Shown piece after piece: positions 25,585 through 38,282 of a DNA stretch of 64,000 nucleotides. A model generated the notes under the pieces. It made no database searches, was not told the origin of the DNA, and worked only from the letters and a program-made list of their open reading frames with translations. How positions within the stretch are numbered: position 1 is the first letter of the stretch; each line of letters opens with the position of its first letter. The DNA is from Eremomyces bilateralis CBS 781.70 (taxonomy: Eukaryota): NCBI GenBank assembly GCA_010015585.1, contig ML975182.1; one strand, 5' to 3'. Both the position numbers and the translations under genes were made by a program.

Positions 25585-26174
25585 CTTAAGTTCCCTCTAT
25601 ATTGTTGCCTTTCTCTCGCTGTGTAAGTTGAAGTGCAGTAGTAATTGTTTTTTATTTGATAGCAAGCTGCATGTGTGGGGAGAGTTGTGTACATAAATTG
25701 TGTTGTGAGTGAGTGATACACCTGGAAACGGTAATTCTGTGGAGGTGCGATATTAATGGAGATCTGATTGGTTGATTGATGGCGAATGATGCGCTATTCC
25801 AGATAAAGACTAGTGCTAGTCGGTTGAAGCGAACCACACACAAATTGACTTCTCCAACTCTCACACATCACGAAACTTCAACCACCGCCGAACCATCCAC
25901 CCATCAACCGAGAGAGCATTGCATTGGTGTCGTTTGCGAATAGGTGAGTACTATCTACCAATTCCCTATTCATATCAGGTCTTCGATTGCAGTTGTCTGC
26001 CAATTCTCCGCCTCGAAACGATTCTGGACCCGGCAGGCGACGAGCAAACGAACCACATACTGCACCGATCCTCCTTCGATATCGTCTCCGTCACATCGAA
26101 ACCACATTCTGGACCATTACAGGGACGAAACGCTGACTTTGTTTATGATATAGCCTACTACATCAACCGCAATC

Positions 26175-26889
26175 ATGGGGTTTGTTCCAAACCGTCTCCT
26201 TCCTCCAACCCACCACCCGCTAACCTCCTCCCAGTATCTCACGAGACTCGCGCCATAAGCGCTCCGCCACCGGCGCCAAGCGTGCGCACTACCGCAAGAA
26301 GAGGTATGCATAACCCGATCGCTCCGTCAACCATGTCTGACATGGCTGTAGAGCTTTCGAGAAAGGTCGTCAACCGGCCAACACTCGCATCGGAGCGAAG
26401 CGCATACATCTCGTCCGCACCCGCGGCGGCAACCGCAAGTTCCGCGCCCTCCGCATCGACTCTGGCAACTTCTCCTGGGGCTCTGAGGGCATCGCCCGCA
26501 AGACCCGTGTCATCGTTGTCGCCTACCACCCGTCCAACAACGAGCTCGTCCGCACCAACACCCTGACCCGCTCGGCTGTCGTGCAGATCGACGCAGCGCC
26601 GTTCCGCCAGTGGTACGAGGCGCACTACGGCGCCAACCTGGGCCGGAGAAAGCAGCAGCAGGCCAAGGGGGGCGAGGTCGAGGAGAAGAAGAAGGAGAGC
26701 CGCGCCCTACAAGAGAAGCACGCCGAGCGACAGAAGACCGCCAAGGTGGAGTCGGCGTTGGAGAGGCAGTTCGAGGCCGGTCGGCTGTACGCCGTGGTGG
26801 CGTCACGGCCGGGCCAGAGCGGTCGTTGCGACGGATACATCCTGGAAGGGGAGGAGCTGGCTTTCTACCAGCGTGCCATCAGGAAGTAG
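26175..26889 (+). CDS. RPS8: 40S ribosomal protein S8 (eS8)
   Basis: MG|ISRDSRHKRSATGAKRAHYRKKR|AFEKGRQPANTRIG..RPGQSGRCDGYILEGEELAFY. Introns 26180-26234 and about 26304-26351, plus a probable 5'-UTR intron at 25944-26153. Confidence 0.97.
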
Positions 26890-27137
26890 GGGATGTTATG
26901 ATCTAGTCTCGGCGAAAATTCATGGTGCTGGGTTGCATCCGGAAAACTGGTGTATCGTTCAACTGCTGCATAGGGCGTTACCAATCATAAGAGCGTCAAA
27001 ATTCCAAAGACGTGCTCAATTCAAAACGGGCTGCATCCAGAATACATGTGACGTCGACATTTCTCATATTGTATCAAGAAAATGGTGCCTCATTCATAGT
27101 GTCATAGATCCGAGACGGAATGAATTCTATCTACTCC

Positions 27138-28541
27138 TCACACCTCCGCCTTCTCTTTCTCCTTCCTTTTCATCAAGTTCTTCGCCGTCTTAAACACCCC
27201 TCCGGTCGCCGCTCCACACGCCGCGCACGCCGGCGACTTCTTAAACCGCTCCAACGCGCACTTCTCGCAGAAATAATGCCCACACTTCGTCACCACGGGA
27301 TTCGAATACCCCTTTTTACAAATAAAGCACGCGAACGGGATCTCCTCCTTCTTCTCCCCCTCCTTCTCCTCCTTCTCCTTCTCCACCCCCCCCTTCTTCC
27401 GATTCCGCTCCACTTCCCACTCCTTGTCCAGCGCCCAACCCGCCTTATAGTCCTCGCGCGCGTGCAGGTACTTGCAGTTGTCGCCGTAGCCACAGAAGCC
27501 GGTCTGCTTGTAGTCCTTGCAGACGTCCGGGGCGAAGTCGATGTACGTCGTCATGCGGACGTTGGAGGAGGATTTGGTGGGGCCAACTTGCCGGGCGGAT
27601 TTGGTGGCTTCGTCGTTGGCGGTGGGTTGTGGGCCGGAGGGGGCGGTAGTTTGTGAGGGTGCTTGAAGGCCGGGGGAGATGCGTTTGGGGGCGGGGAGGG
27701 AGCGAGGGGAGGGTGATCGCTTGCGCTTGACGACGCGTTCGGGAGAGGTAGATGGGCTGCGTGCGCGAGGGGTGGGTGGGGAGGATGTACGGCTAGGGGA
27801 ACGGGCGTCGTCGTCGTCTCTCATATCGACGTCGGAGTCGGAGTGTAACTGGTCCGCGACCTTGCTTTCCCGCGGCTCTAGCTTTCCGTCGTCTTCCAGC
27901 ATGGTTCGGGTAGGCAGCTTCCACAGCGCGGTTCCGCACACGCGGTCTTTGCTGAGGAGGTCGTCGATGAACTGGTCCATATACGTCAAGATGAACCCGT
28001 CCTTGAGCCGTCGCTTCAGTTTACGATAGTCTTCGAGTCGCGGTTCGAGGGTGGAGTAGATTTCGACCGGATCCCATGCGAGCCGGATGTAGAAAGCAGC
28101 CAGCGCACGGAGGTATTTGAAGTCATTCCGACTTCCTAGTCGACCATTATGCGAATCCCCGTTGGCCGGCTTCGAATCTCCATTCCCCATCTCCGCATCA
28201 TCGCCATTCACACTCTTCTCATCCTCCTCCTCCGTCCAGTCCAAGTACTCCTTAACGACCGCTTTCGACGGCTGCAATTGCAGCATCTTGAACAGCAAGC
28301 ATAGGAACGGCGTCGGCCGCCCAAAATCACTATACGTCCCGCCAATGTACGTGAGCTCGGCGGCGCGGTCGCATAACGTCGCCTCGTTCAGCCCGAAGCA
28401 TTGCTCTTTCCAGTAGTAGGATTCCGTGATCCGGTCCCGCACACCGGTTTCGATCAGGGTCGCGGGATTTTTGCCGCGGAGGAGAGGGCCGCTGTAGCCT
28501 CGATTGTCGAGGAGTGCTGCTGCGTCGGCGCGATGCGCCAT
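27138..28541 (-). CDS. PRP38-CWC24: Prp38-Cwc24 fusion protein (PRP38 domain, RS/SP-rich linker, CCCH zinc finger, RING), 467 aa
   Basis: N-terminal RITESYYWKEQCFGLNEATLCDRA..PTPFLCLLFKMLQLQP..FKYLRALAAFYIRL. C-terminal DFAPDVCKDYKQTGFCGYGDNCKYLHAREDYKAGW and IPFACFIC..VVTKCGHYFCEKCAL..CAAC, in one uninterrupted frame. Confidence 0.9.
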   Translation of the reverse strand: MAHRADAAALLDNRGYSGPLLRGKNPATLIETGVRDRITESYYWKEQCFGLNEATLCDRAAELTYIGGTYSDFGRPTPFLCLLFKMLQLQPSKAVVKEYLDWTEEEDEKSVNGDDAEMGNGDSKPANGDSHNGRLGSRNDFKYLRALAAFYIRLAWDPVEIYSTLEPRLEDYRKLKRRLKDGFILTYMDQFIDDLLSKDRVCGTALWKLPTRTMLEDDGKLEPRESKVADQLHSDSDVDMRDDDDARSPSRTSSPPTPRARSPSTSPERVVKRKRSPSPRSLPAPKRISPGLQAPSQTTAPSGPQPTANDEATKSARQVGPTKSSSNVRMTTYIDFAPDVCKDYKQTGFCGYGDNCKYLHAREDYKAGWALDKEWEVERNRKKGGVEKEKEEKEGEKKEEIPFACFICKKGYSNPVVTKCGHYFCEKCALERFKKSPACAACGAATGGVFKTAKNLMKRKEKEKAEV

Positions 28542-29000
28542 CTTGAAGGGAGATGAGCTTGTCGCGGGCGGCGATGGACTTGTGGATTGACGAGGTTGAG
28601 TTGTGGGCTCCACGGAAGTGTCTCCGCTAGTCAAAAACCTTCGGGTATGTTCACTTCTTCAATCTCGGATTCTTGGATCTGAAAAGATCTGAATCATCGT
28701 GTCTCTTCCTTAAGCTACTCCATGCAAAACGGCCAGGTCCCAACTGTGGCGAATGCTGAGAAATGTTGGTGCACCGCCACTTCTCGAATCTGCCAGATCC
28801 CGGCTCATTGATATCCTCTAATTGGCTGGATGCCATCACCATAGCACCAGAACGCAAACAAACAGTTGACCAGCGTCATCAATGGTATTAATTACTGATG
28901 GGAAAAGCGACATCTTACACTTTGTGGATAGCATGATTTACAAGACGATATGACGATATAATGACCCATCTTACCCTTCTTGAATACAATTAAACGCAAA

Positions 29001-30376
29001 ATGGCTAGAATACTGCTCACGAGCGGACAGGTTTCCGTAGCACTGAGCTCTGGCGTCGGTAAGTAGACGAGTCCAAGAGACTCAACCACGAACAATAGAC
29101 CAGCCATTGACCACAGCACAGTCGTAATCTTCACCATCCTCCTCTTCCTAAGCGGCTACGTCCTCCAACAACAAACTGTCCGCTCCCTCCGCCACGCCAT
29201 CCGGCCGCCCCTCCCACCCCCTCCTCCCTCCCTCCCCCTCCAAGAACTCTCCACCCAAAACCCGCTCGCCAAATCTGCCCGCCTCCCCGGCACCGTCGTC
29301 AGCAAAGAAGCCGTGCAAGCCCACCTCGCCGCTGCCAGTGCCAGCCAGGCGATCGACTGGAAGCGGCGCGCCCATGTCCAACTCGTGCGCAGTCATGAGG
29401 AGGTCTGCGGCGCGGTCATGGTGTTCGCGGACTTATATCGGCTAAGGAGCCAGGGGAGCAGGGCGTTGGTGTTCCCGGCAGCGTGGGCGACGGCGTGGGG
29501 AGATGAGTGGGGGTATGAGACGAATCCGGAGGCGGAGCGGACGAGGCGGTTGCTGAAGAAGGCGGCGAGAAGGTATAAGGTGCATTTGGTACCGATGAAG
29601 GCGATTGAAGAGGGTGGTGATGGTATGTCGCATTTCTGCGCTTAGTGTGGTTCGACATGGTGCTGAACGTTTCCCCTATAGATTCGCTTCCCTCGTCATA
29701 TTCGTATGCAAGCCTATTCTCCTTGGATTGGTACGACAGGATACTGGCGCTCCCGCGACCCGGCGTCGTCCTCGATGCTGTTCCCCTAGACGTTCTCCTC
29801 GCGTTCGGTACCCCAGAGAGCCTGGCAACATCCGCTGCGGCGGAAGTACAATTCGACATTTCTCCTCAGAGCGAGATGACCCTGATCCGACCGTCGAAGG
29901 AGGAGTTCAGCCGGATCATGGATATCCGGGATGCGGATCAACTATCCGAGACGTCATTATTTAGCGAAGCTTTTCCTTCCCCCGAGAAGCTTTCGGCATT
30001 TGGAAACGCGGAGGTGGCGCTCATGGCGACGACAGGGAGCCTAAAGGAATATAGTATCCGGAAACAGGATCCCCCGGTGCCGGAAGATAACGTGCCTGGC
30101 TCGCCATCAGGGGAGCAACTGGTGGTGCAAGAGACCGCGGGACAGTCCGGTGCATTCAACGCCACGGAATTCATGCAGAATACTGCCTTTGTTCGCATCA
30201 TGGACGCTGGACTGCCGGGCCCTGAGTACGATGTGCCCCGGACCGAGATGCTCAAGGCGAAGCCATGGGGAGAAGCGGGGATGGTGTGGGAGTCGATGTA
30301 CGAGCGATTTCGTGCCCATCGGATGGATGTATGTGGGTTGGAGTTGGAGATGGTGCCGGAGAAAGAGGAATTGTAA
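29001..30376 (+). CDS. Type-II membrane, glycosyltransferase family 8-like protein
   Basis: MARILLTSGQVSVALSSG|VVIFTILLFLSGYVLQQQT, HVQLV..VCGAVMVFADL, SLPSSYSYASLFSL..YDRIL. Introns about 29059-29120 and 29623-29681. Divergent from the Prp38 fusion. Confidence 0.7.
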
Positions 30377-31550
30377 CATGTATTGGTATGTGTGGATATT
30401 TGGTTGTTTTGGGTATAGAATGGGTTCGATTTTCACGACTTCAATATATTATATGAACTTGGATGGGCTGCTGTGTCGTGTGAAATGGAAATGGCCGATG
30501 GGTCGGGACGGCCTTTGCTAGGGGTCGGGGTTTACTACTGGAGAACCGCGTTCACGTACATACCAAATTACGCGTTGGTCCGTATCCCGTAGGCCATGTT
30601 CACGCATCAACATACATGTTACATAGATAGGTACCCCCCCCCCTCCCTGAGTTCCTGGGGCTCTTAGGGGCAGAGGGTTGGGGTATGTCTTAGTAAGACA
30701 CGAATAACATGTTGTGGTGCACTGCAACACATTATTGCATGTGGATATTTTCAAGATAAGTACGTTTGATGGCAGGACAAGGCCAGGCGTTCAACTACCG
30801 GACGGTTCTCCATACTCGGTTCACTTCTTTCCTAGCCGAACTACCAAGAGTCAACCCAATAAAGACACAAGTTCTCCCGATATGTCGGCATTTGTTGGAC
30901 GCGAAGATACCTTGTATCGTTAGTATCATCCTGGTATTTTCCTCGACTTCCAGAGTCCAGTACCGGGATGCACTGGTATACAAGTATCCTTCCAAGAATC
31001 CAAGATCAGCTTTCGAGTCCTTGGAAACCCAGGTCCAGCGAATCAATTGGTTGATGTCAAACGAAGTCGTATCCAATGAGATCCAAAAGCCTGGATTTCA
31101 CCGATGCTGTGATGCAAGCCAGGGCAAGCTGCAGGGCGAACTACCAGTGGTTGCTCCTCTCTGCTAAGTCCTACAGTATCCATAACCGGGTGGCTAAGCA
31201 AGGCGAACTTGCATCAGGGCAGATTTGCCTTTTGATACCCCTCCAACGGTTCTCGTGATCGGATCATGAATGATCGCTTCTTAATTGCCTCGCGAGGCGC
31301 GCTCTTCTAAATAGTTCATGCTTGTCTTTCCTTTTGATGTCCTTAGGCGTTGATGGTTTTCAGTCCTGTCGTTCGTTTCCCTACCTCAATGTAACCCCTC
31401 TCGTACAATTGGGAACCAGATGTCTATCTGAACCTATTTTTTTTATCAAGCGCTCCTTTCCTTGCGAAAAGACGTCAAAAATTGAACAAGGCTGTCTCTA
31501 AGAAACGTGTTTAGTCCTTCGGTTACACTGTGACTCTTTCCTTCCAAATT

Positions 31551-33610
31551 ATGGCGCACAAGACATCCAAGTCCAAGCATTCGTCGAGACATCACCATGG
31601 AAAGAAATCCAAGTCGAGTACACAATCTAAGTCGAGGGCAACGGCAGCAACAGCAACTCCGATTCTTCACCACACCCAGTCAATCCGTCTACAACCGCAG
31701 CCGAGTCTACCAGTTCTACCGATCCGAACCGCATCGACACCGAAGTCACCACCTCCTTGCTATCATTCCACACAAGCAGGCTATCCTCGGGCAGTAAATC
31801 TCCCCCAACGCTACCCTCCTACCCATCCGCCGGCACCCCACTGGGCATCAACAACGAATCTAGCAATGTTACGTCCTCAGACTCACCCACCAGTTCGTCA
31901 GGGCCATCGTCCTCCAGATCAAAGAAAGGTCAAATGGTCAGACCGACTACACCTGCCCTCCACTGTGGCGAGGCCGCTCCACGCCGCATCTGCGTCCGTA
32001 AGCAATCTACAGGACACTGTACGGGGTCTGAATGATGGCGCGAATGATGTATTGAACCAGCGAGGGGCGGGGTATGTGGGACGAGCGGCGGGGATATATG
32101 AGCTATGTGCACAGTATCTCGACGATATCATCACGCAAATCGATGGGGAGGTCTTGGGTACTGAAACTGGACGACCAACGAATACTCAAACAGCGTATCA
32201 TCCAAATCCGCAGTGGCAGCAATCGATGCCATATCTTCCACCACCACCGCAACCATACGCTCCTGCAGCCCCCCCACACTTGAATCACACCCTCCAACCC
32301 TTCGCCGAACCAGCCCTCCCACTCCCCACCTCCACCTACTTCTCAAAAGTCTGGTTGTACTCCAACTCCCGCCTCCCACCGCATCTCCCACCCCTGAAAC
32401 TCTACCTCCCAACCTATCCCCTCCTCACCCTCGCGGCCCGCCACAGCCTGCTCGCCTACTCCCCACCCCCACCCTCCAACATCAGCACGTCCCCATCCAC
32501 CACCACCCTCACTAGTCCTGCCGCTGCCCCCTACCTAAAATCTTTCATCCTCCGCACCGTCCCTGTCTCCACGTCCCCGCACACCCACACCGTCATCCTC
32601 TCCATCCGCGGTAGCGCCTCCTTCACCGACTGGTCTATCAACCTCCACACCACCCCGCAACCCCCTCTCCCCCTCCTCGACGACCCGGGCAACCTCACCC
32701 ACGGCGGCTTCCTCGCCGTCGCCGTCGCCATGCTCCCCTGCGTTGCCCGCCATCTCACCACCCTCCTCGACGGCATCCTCGCCGCGGACCTGTCCCGTCA
32801 GCGCGACGGCCGCCACCGTCCCCCAAAAATCACCCTCCTCCTCACCGGCCACTCTGCCGGCGGCGCCATCGCCTCCCTCCTCTACGCCCACCTAGGAACC
32901 ACCACCCCCGCCTGCACCTCTCCCCTCCGCACCCTCCGCTCCCGCTTCCGCCGCATCCACTGCATCACCTTCGGCGCCCCGCCCATCACCCTCCTCCCGC
33001 TTCGCAAGCCGTCACCTCCTCCCGCAAACGGGCGCGACGACACGGCCGCATCGAACCCCGACTGGCGCTCCTCCCTCTTCTTCTCCTTCGTCAACGAGGG
33101 CGACCCCGTCGCACGCGCCGATCCCGCCGTTGTCCGCTCGCTGCTGAAGCTGTACGCATCATCACCACCGCCGCAGACGATGGCGGCGGCGGGGTCGGCG
33201 CCGCGGTGGGAGGTGCCGCCAGGGATGCTGAGCTGCGCGGGGCGGATCGTGCTGTTGCGGGGGTATCATCCGCAGAAGGGTGGAAGGGCGAAGAAGGGGA
33301 GGCGGGTGGGAAAGGTGGGTGGGAAGATGGGGGGGAAGAAGACGGGGCTGGNNNNNNNNNNNNNNNNNNNNNNNNNNNNNNNNNNNNNNNNNNNNNNNNN
33401 NNNNNNGGGGAGGGAAGTTTGGCGAGGGGGATGGGATTGGGGTTAGGTGGGGCGGGGGATGGTGGGAGGGAGGAGGAGATACCGGCGGCGTTTGTGGTGG
33501 ATGATGGAATGTTGAGGACAGCGGTGTTTGGGGATCCGATGGCGCATCAGATGCGGGTTTACGTGCGTAGGGTGGAGGGGTTGGCGATGCGGGCAGTGAT
33601 GGGAGGGTAA
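31551..33610 (+). CDS. Class-3 lipase (alpha/beta hydrolase) spanning an assembly gap
   Basis: LSIRGS..DWSIN, THGGFL, LLLTGHSAGG (GxSxG), CITFGAPP, FVNEGDPV, FGDPMAH. N-run at 33352-33406. Confidence 0.85.
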
Positions 33611-34170
33611 GGTACGAGGAGCCGGCCGATTCCTATTATTTTGAGCATAATAGCGATCTGGGGTTAACGAGCAATGATACCCATTTGATTCTCTTATGAA
33701 AATAGATCGAGAGAATCGGGATATCGTGAGAAACGGCGAATGCAGCACGTCAACGCGGCTGCGAAACAATATTTATTGCACATAATAATCCATGGATACC
33801 CGTCTAAACATACAAGGCATATCATTTCCCCGTGCTCGTGCCGTTGCCGACCGCATTAAGAGGCTCAATTTCCCAACCAGCTCCAGCCCTCCCAATCCCG
33901 CCGTCCGCCATACACGCGTTGCCCAAAAACACCACCACTCGCCAAGTGGCCGTCCACACGGCGCATGCATGATTCGGTCCCCTCTATTGCCGGCGACCTG
34001 CGCACCGGGCCGGTCGGCGGCGATCGCGTCAAGATCCGTCCCGGTCGTGGATGTATGTGAAATGATGAGATATTAGGTTGGCGATACGATGCGCAAGATA
34101 TCCAAGATAGGTCCGCAATTCGGCCGATAAGACCGGATGTTCCTCCGCGTCTGACACCAAGTCTGTCCAT

Positions 34171-35780
34171 CTAAAAGTCGACGAACAAGCGACCGTGCCT
34201 AATTGCCATCGATTAGCCATATATCTCGATGGGAATTATGCGTCACTTACTGATCGTCGCCCCCCGCCCCATACGGCTCCGTCTCCTCCGCATACTTATC
34301 AAACTGGCTCGAATCTCCCATGCCCGCCTTCACAGGTGGTACGTACGGCGCATCGATATCCTTCTTCGCGAGCCGCTCCCACGTGACCTCCGCGAACCAG
34401 GGATGCGTCATAACGTCCTTGCTGCCGCCATGCAGGTTGCCGAGCCGCTTCGTCAGGTCCGGCGTGATGAGCTTCTGCAGCAGGTCCTGCGCGTCCGGAT
34501 GGATGTACGGCGGGTACTTAACGCGTCCTTTGAGGATGTTCTCGTAGATCTTCATGGGCGAGCCGCCGTCCCAGAAGGGGGTGAAGCCGCAGAGCATCTC
34601 GAAGATGAGGATGCCGAGGGACCACCTAGGTTTGTGAGCATTATGATTCGATAGGGTGGATGAGAGGTGGGGGGCTTACCAGTCGACAGACTTGTTGTAC
34701 CCTTTTGAAGCGACGACTTCGGGGGCAAGGTAGTCGGGCGTTCCGCAAAGAGTCCACGTGATGTCAGGCACCTCCTTCGCGAAGCCGAAATCGGTGATTT
34801 TCAGATGGCCGTGGCGGTCAAGGAGCAAATTTTCGGGCTTCAGGTCGCGGTAGATGATGTTCATGGAGTGCAGGTAGTCCAGTGCCAATGTGACTTCCGC
34901 TGCATAGAATTTAGCTACGGGATTGGGGAATCGCTATTGTTGTGGTCAGTATACTATTGTTCTCAAGGTCCTTATAGGAAACCCGATCTCTTACCTGCGA
35001 CTTTCTCAGCAAGCTGAACAGCTCTCCACCTTCCACGAAATCCATGACCATGTATAGATTCCGCGCATCCTGAAAGGTGCCCCACAGCGTGATCAAGAAC
35101 GGATGCTTAACCCGCTGCAGCATTCTCCGCTCGTCATTCGTATGCTCCACCTGCTTCATCTTCACCACCTGCGCCTTCTTCAAGACCTTGATCGCATAGA
35201 AGCGCTGGTTATGTTTCGACTTGACCAGGTGCACCCGACCAAAGCTTCCCGTCCCCAGTGTCCGCTGGAGGTCGAAGTCGTCGAGGGTGTACTTCCCTTT
35301 GGTAGATCGCATCGTCTGGTTCGGTGTCTGCCCGCCTGCGAGACCCGGTATTAGGATGCCGCCATTTGCTGGAGTGGAGTTTATGGATGTCTGTTGCGGG
35401 GTGAGGGTCTGTTGGGACTCGGAGTCCTTATTAAGGAGGTTTTGAATGCTCGGGGAATTCTGATGGCTCGATGGATGCGGCCCTGGCGGGGAAGGCTGTT
35501 GGAGTGCGGACGCCATCTCTCCCCCTTTTTGAGGTTGACTGTCCGCGGAGGTGGCAGCGGTTGTGGTCGACTGGTTCGTGCCGGACGCTTCGGTCGATTG
35601 ACTGGGCTGGGCAGACGACGCGGTCGCGGACGGATGGGACTCTTCAGGTTTGAACCGGTTGAAGACCGCTGCGATGGGAGAGGTAAGGGTGTCCTTTGTC
35701 GGGGACGACGGAGTTTCCAGGTCCTTGGAACCCGAAGTATCCTTCGTCCGCTTTTTCTTGAGGAAGTGCAGATTAGGCAT
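34171..35780 (-). CDS. PKAC1: cAMP-dependent protein kinase catalytic subunit
   Basis: [54 protein letters not shown]-terminal ..LFVDF stop. Three introns. Confidence 0.96.
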
Positions 35781-37747
35781 GAAGAGGGGAGGAAGGGATC
35801 TTTTTCGACACGGCGTTTGGGACCGTATGCTGGGCGGAATTTTGTGGTGAATGAACGTTTCGCAACCGTGAATGTGTCTTGCTGTGTCTCAGGTTCTAGT
35901 GTCTTGTCCAGTTTCGGCCGGCAGAATGGGATCGGACTCCGCACGCAGACAAGGTATTCGTATAGCGATGACGAAGTAGTGATTCAAGATCTTAGCGTCG
36001 AATACGTGAGGATTGAATAGACTCGATATCAAAGTATGAGTCGTGAGTCGTGAAGCCGTCGAATTCGACTCTTGCCGTTGCGCGAAACAATGCGGCTCAA
36101 GCTGAAGCTACCTGATCGACGCAACGCCGGAGCTAGATCAGCATGTAGCAAGCCGCCAGAGGTCGCAACGGACCCAGAGGAAGCTCGGAATCCGGGGTAA
36201 TTGGGGATAAACTCTGAGGATCGTTGAAAAGGGCGAGTAGTGGGAGAATGATACGATGGCCTGCAACGTGGGGTCTGGGGCTTCGAAGCTGGACTGGGGG
36301 GGCGAGGAATGTGCGTCTCGTACAACGGATGTGCGAGAGGGATTCCTGGCATGGATTGGGCAGAAGGGAAGCTGTAGGTTCAACGGAAGAGGCCAATTGA
36401 GTCGACTACGGAGAGTGGGATATGGTATACGATGGAGAGGGTCGGATGTCAAGCAAGATGTCATCAATGGGGGAGAAATGAAGTGATGACGATTAGATTT
36501 AGGGGAGGGAAGAGGAGGAGGGGAGGAGAGAGGCTGGAGATGGAGGAGAGGGTGAGATGTCTGGGTGAGGCTGTGGGGGACAGCTGGAGTGCTGGAGTGG
36601 AGGAGTGGAGGGAGGGAAAGTCCAGAGAGGATGGTGACGGAGCGAGGGGAGACATGCGGAAGACGGAATTGTGTGACAGCTGGGAGTTGGGAGGTGGGAG
36701 CTCTGGGAATTGACGCCTTGACGCCTTTACTCATGCCTTACTGCCTCAGGTCCTTAGCAGTAGGCCAGTACATGTAGCTAGCTGACACAGCGCAGGCACT
36801 CCCCAGCTTCCGAGTTCCGACATCGTGAGGCCTTTGCTGGTTCACTTCCGCTAAACCTAAACAGGAACAGTGAGCTTCGGAGTTCAGACCGTATTCCATA
36901 CTCATCCGCTTAAGGTATACATCATATTTCTATCCAGTCCTATCACTGATGTCAGTATGAAGGTGGCCCTTCCACTACCGTGCCTGATATCTCAGATGTA
37001 AAACACGAGGACTCGGGAAGTATCTTGCAGCAAAGACACCGATCCAAACAGATGAGACGAAGGAAGCGGGGTTAGACCGTAGCTATATATAGAGCGGGAT
37101 ACCAGATTTGATATTACTTGCCGGCGCATTATTTATACACCACCAAGTCCGCGATAATAATATCCACCCTCACCGTCCTGCAAGTCATCAATAGCGGAAG
37201 GAGTCTGCTCCACATGGCTGCTCTCAATCCGGCACGGCAACAGGCGATATGCGACGCCCCTCTTGGGCTTGAACGTATCGCAGGGTCGGATCCTCCGCGG
37301 AGTAGAGCCCCATTCGGATGCAAGCTGTCATCCGACGAGCAGCTCGACCTGATCGATCGCAGATCGCACCGTATATCCCGCCCCCATGAACAATGATATA
37401 GGTCAATCGAAGCTGGTTAAGGACAGTACAATCCCGGTTTGATATCTTCAGTCTCATGTTCAGTTCTTGCTTCTCCTTCATTATCGTCCTTATTGAGTTA
37501 ATTTCATCCTATAATAGATATCTCTTTTAAACAATCTGACGGCAGATTGACCTCCGTTTTGCGCGGTTTGTGACGCCGTTTTTGGAGGTAAATCTGGTAC
37601 GCCCTGACGCCAATCAGAACTCCCCTTATTACTCCCCGACATGGATCTGAGCCATGCCCCACCAACTTTAATTATTTTCTCGATCCCGTCGGCCGTTCTC
37701 TCGCCCAATTATACGCCCCCGATGTTCTCAGTTCCGCCATTCTACAC

Positions 37748-38282
37748 TTACTTGTAGTAATGCTTCGATGCAATCACGTTGCCATCCTTGTCTAGTTCGA
37801 ACGCGGAGTAGTGTTGGGTTGGATCATTTGTGCTTGGATGCTCCGCTTCCCTAAAACGGTATGAGAGAAAGATTCCGCATTTCATACATAAGACTCACTT
37901 CATCGCAACCTTGGCCGTCTCTGGTTTCAAATCGTCCTTATACTTCTCGGCGACCTCAACGAACTCGTCCTGGGTGCTCTGGTGAAGAAAGGGACGTTCC
38001 CAGACGTCCGTCTTAGTGACGTATGCGACGGCGATCGCCTTCCCCTTAGTTGTGGTTGTTATGGGTTGAAACCCTTGGTTGGCTCAGGCTGAGAGCCTAA
38101 GCCTGATTAGGTTAAGGGTAAATCAGAGTCCAACCTCTCCGATGTAAACAAGAAAGCTTCCCTTTCTTGTTCTCTTCTTTAGCTTAATCTAGAATATCTT
38201 TGGCTACGTGTATGTTGTGTGCATCCAGCTACCGTGCCGTAACAGTGGTCATAGTATTGATGAGTTGGCTGGCTCTGTACAT
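37748..38282 (-). pseudogene. Small (~97 aa) protein gene interrupted by a solo LTR
   Basis: Removing the LTR, one TSD copy and intron 37851-37898 gives the open frame MYRASQLINTMTTTKGKAIAVAYV..EAEHPSTNDPTQHYSAFELDKDGNVIASKHYYK. Confidence 0.75.
38057..38244. mobile_element. Solo LTR, 188 bp, with 5-bp TSD GTGGT
   Basis: GTGGT-TGTTATGG...CCGTAACA-GTGGT. Same family as 7795-7982. Confidence 0.95.

Noticed and set aside
33352..33406. Frameshift in the lipase gene
   Set aside because: Coincides with an N gap of uncertain length.
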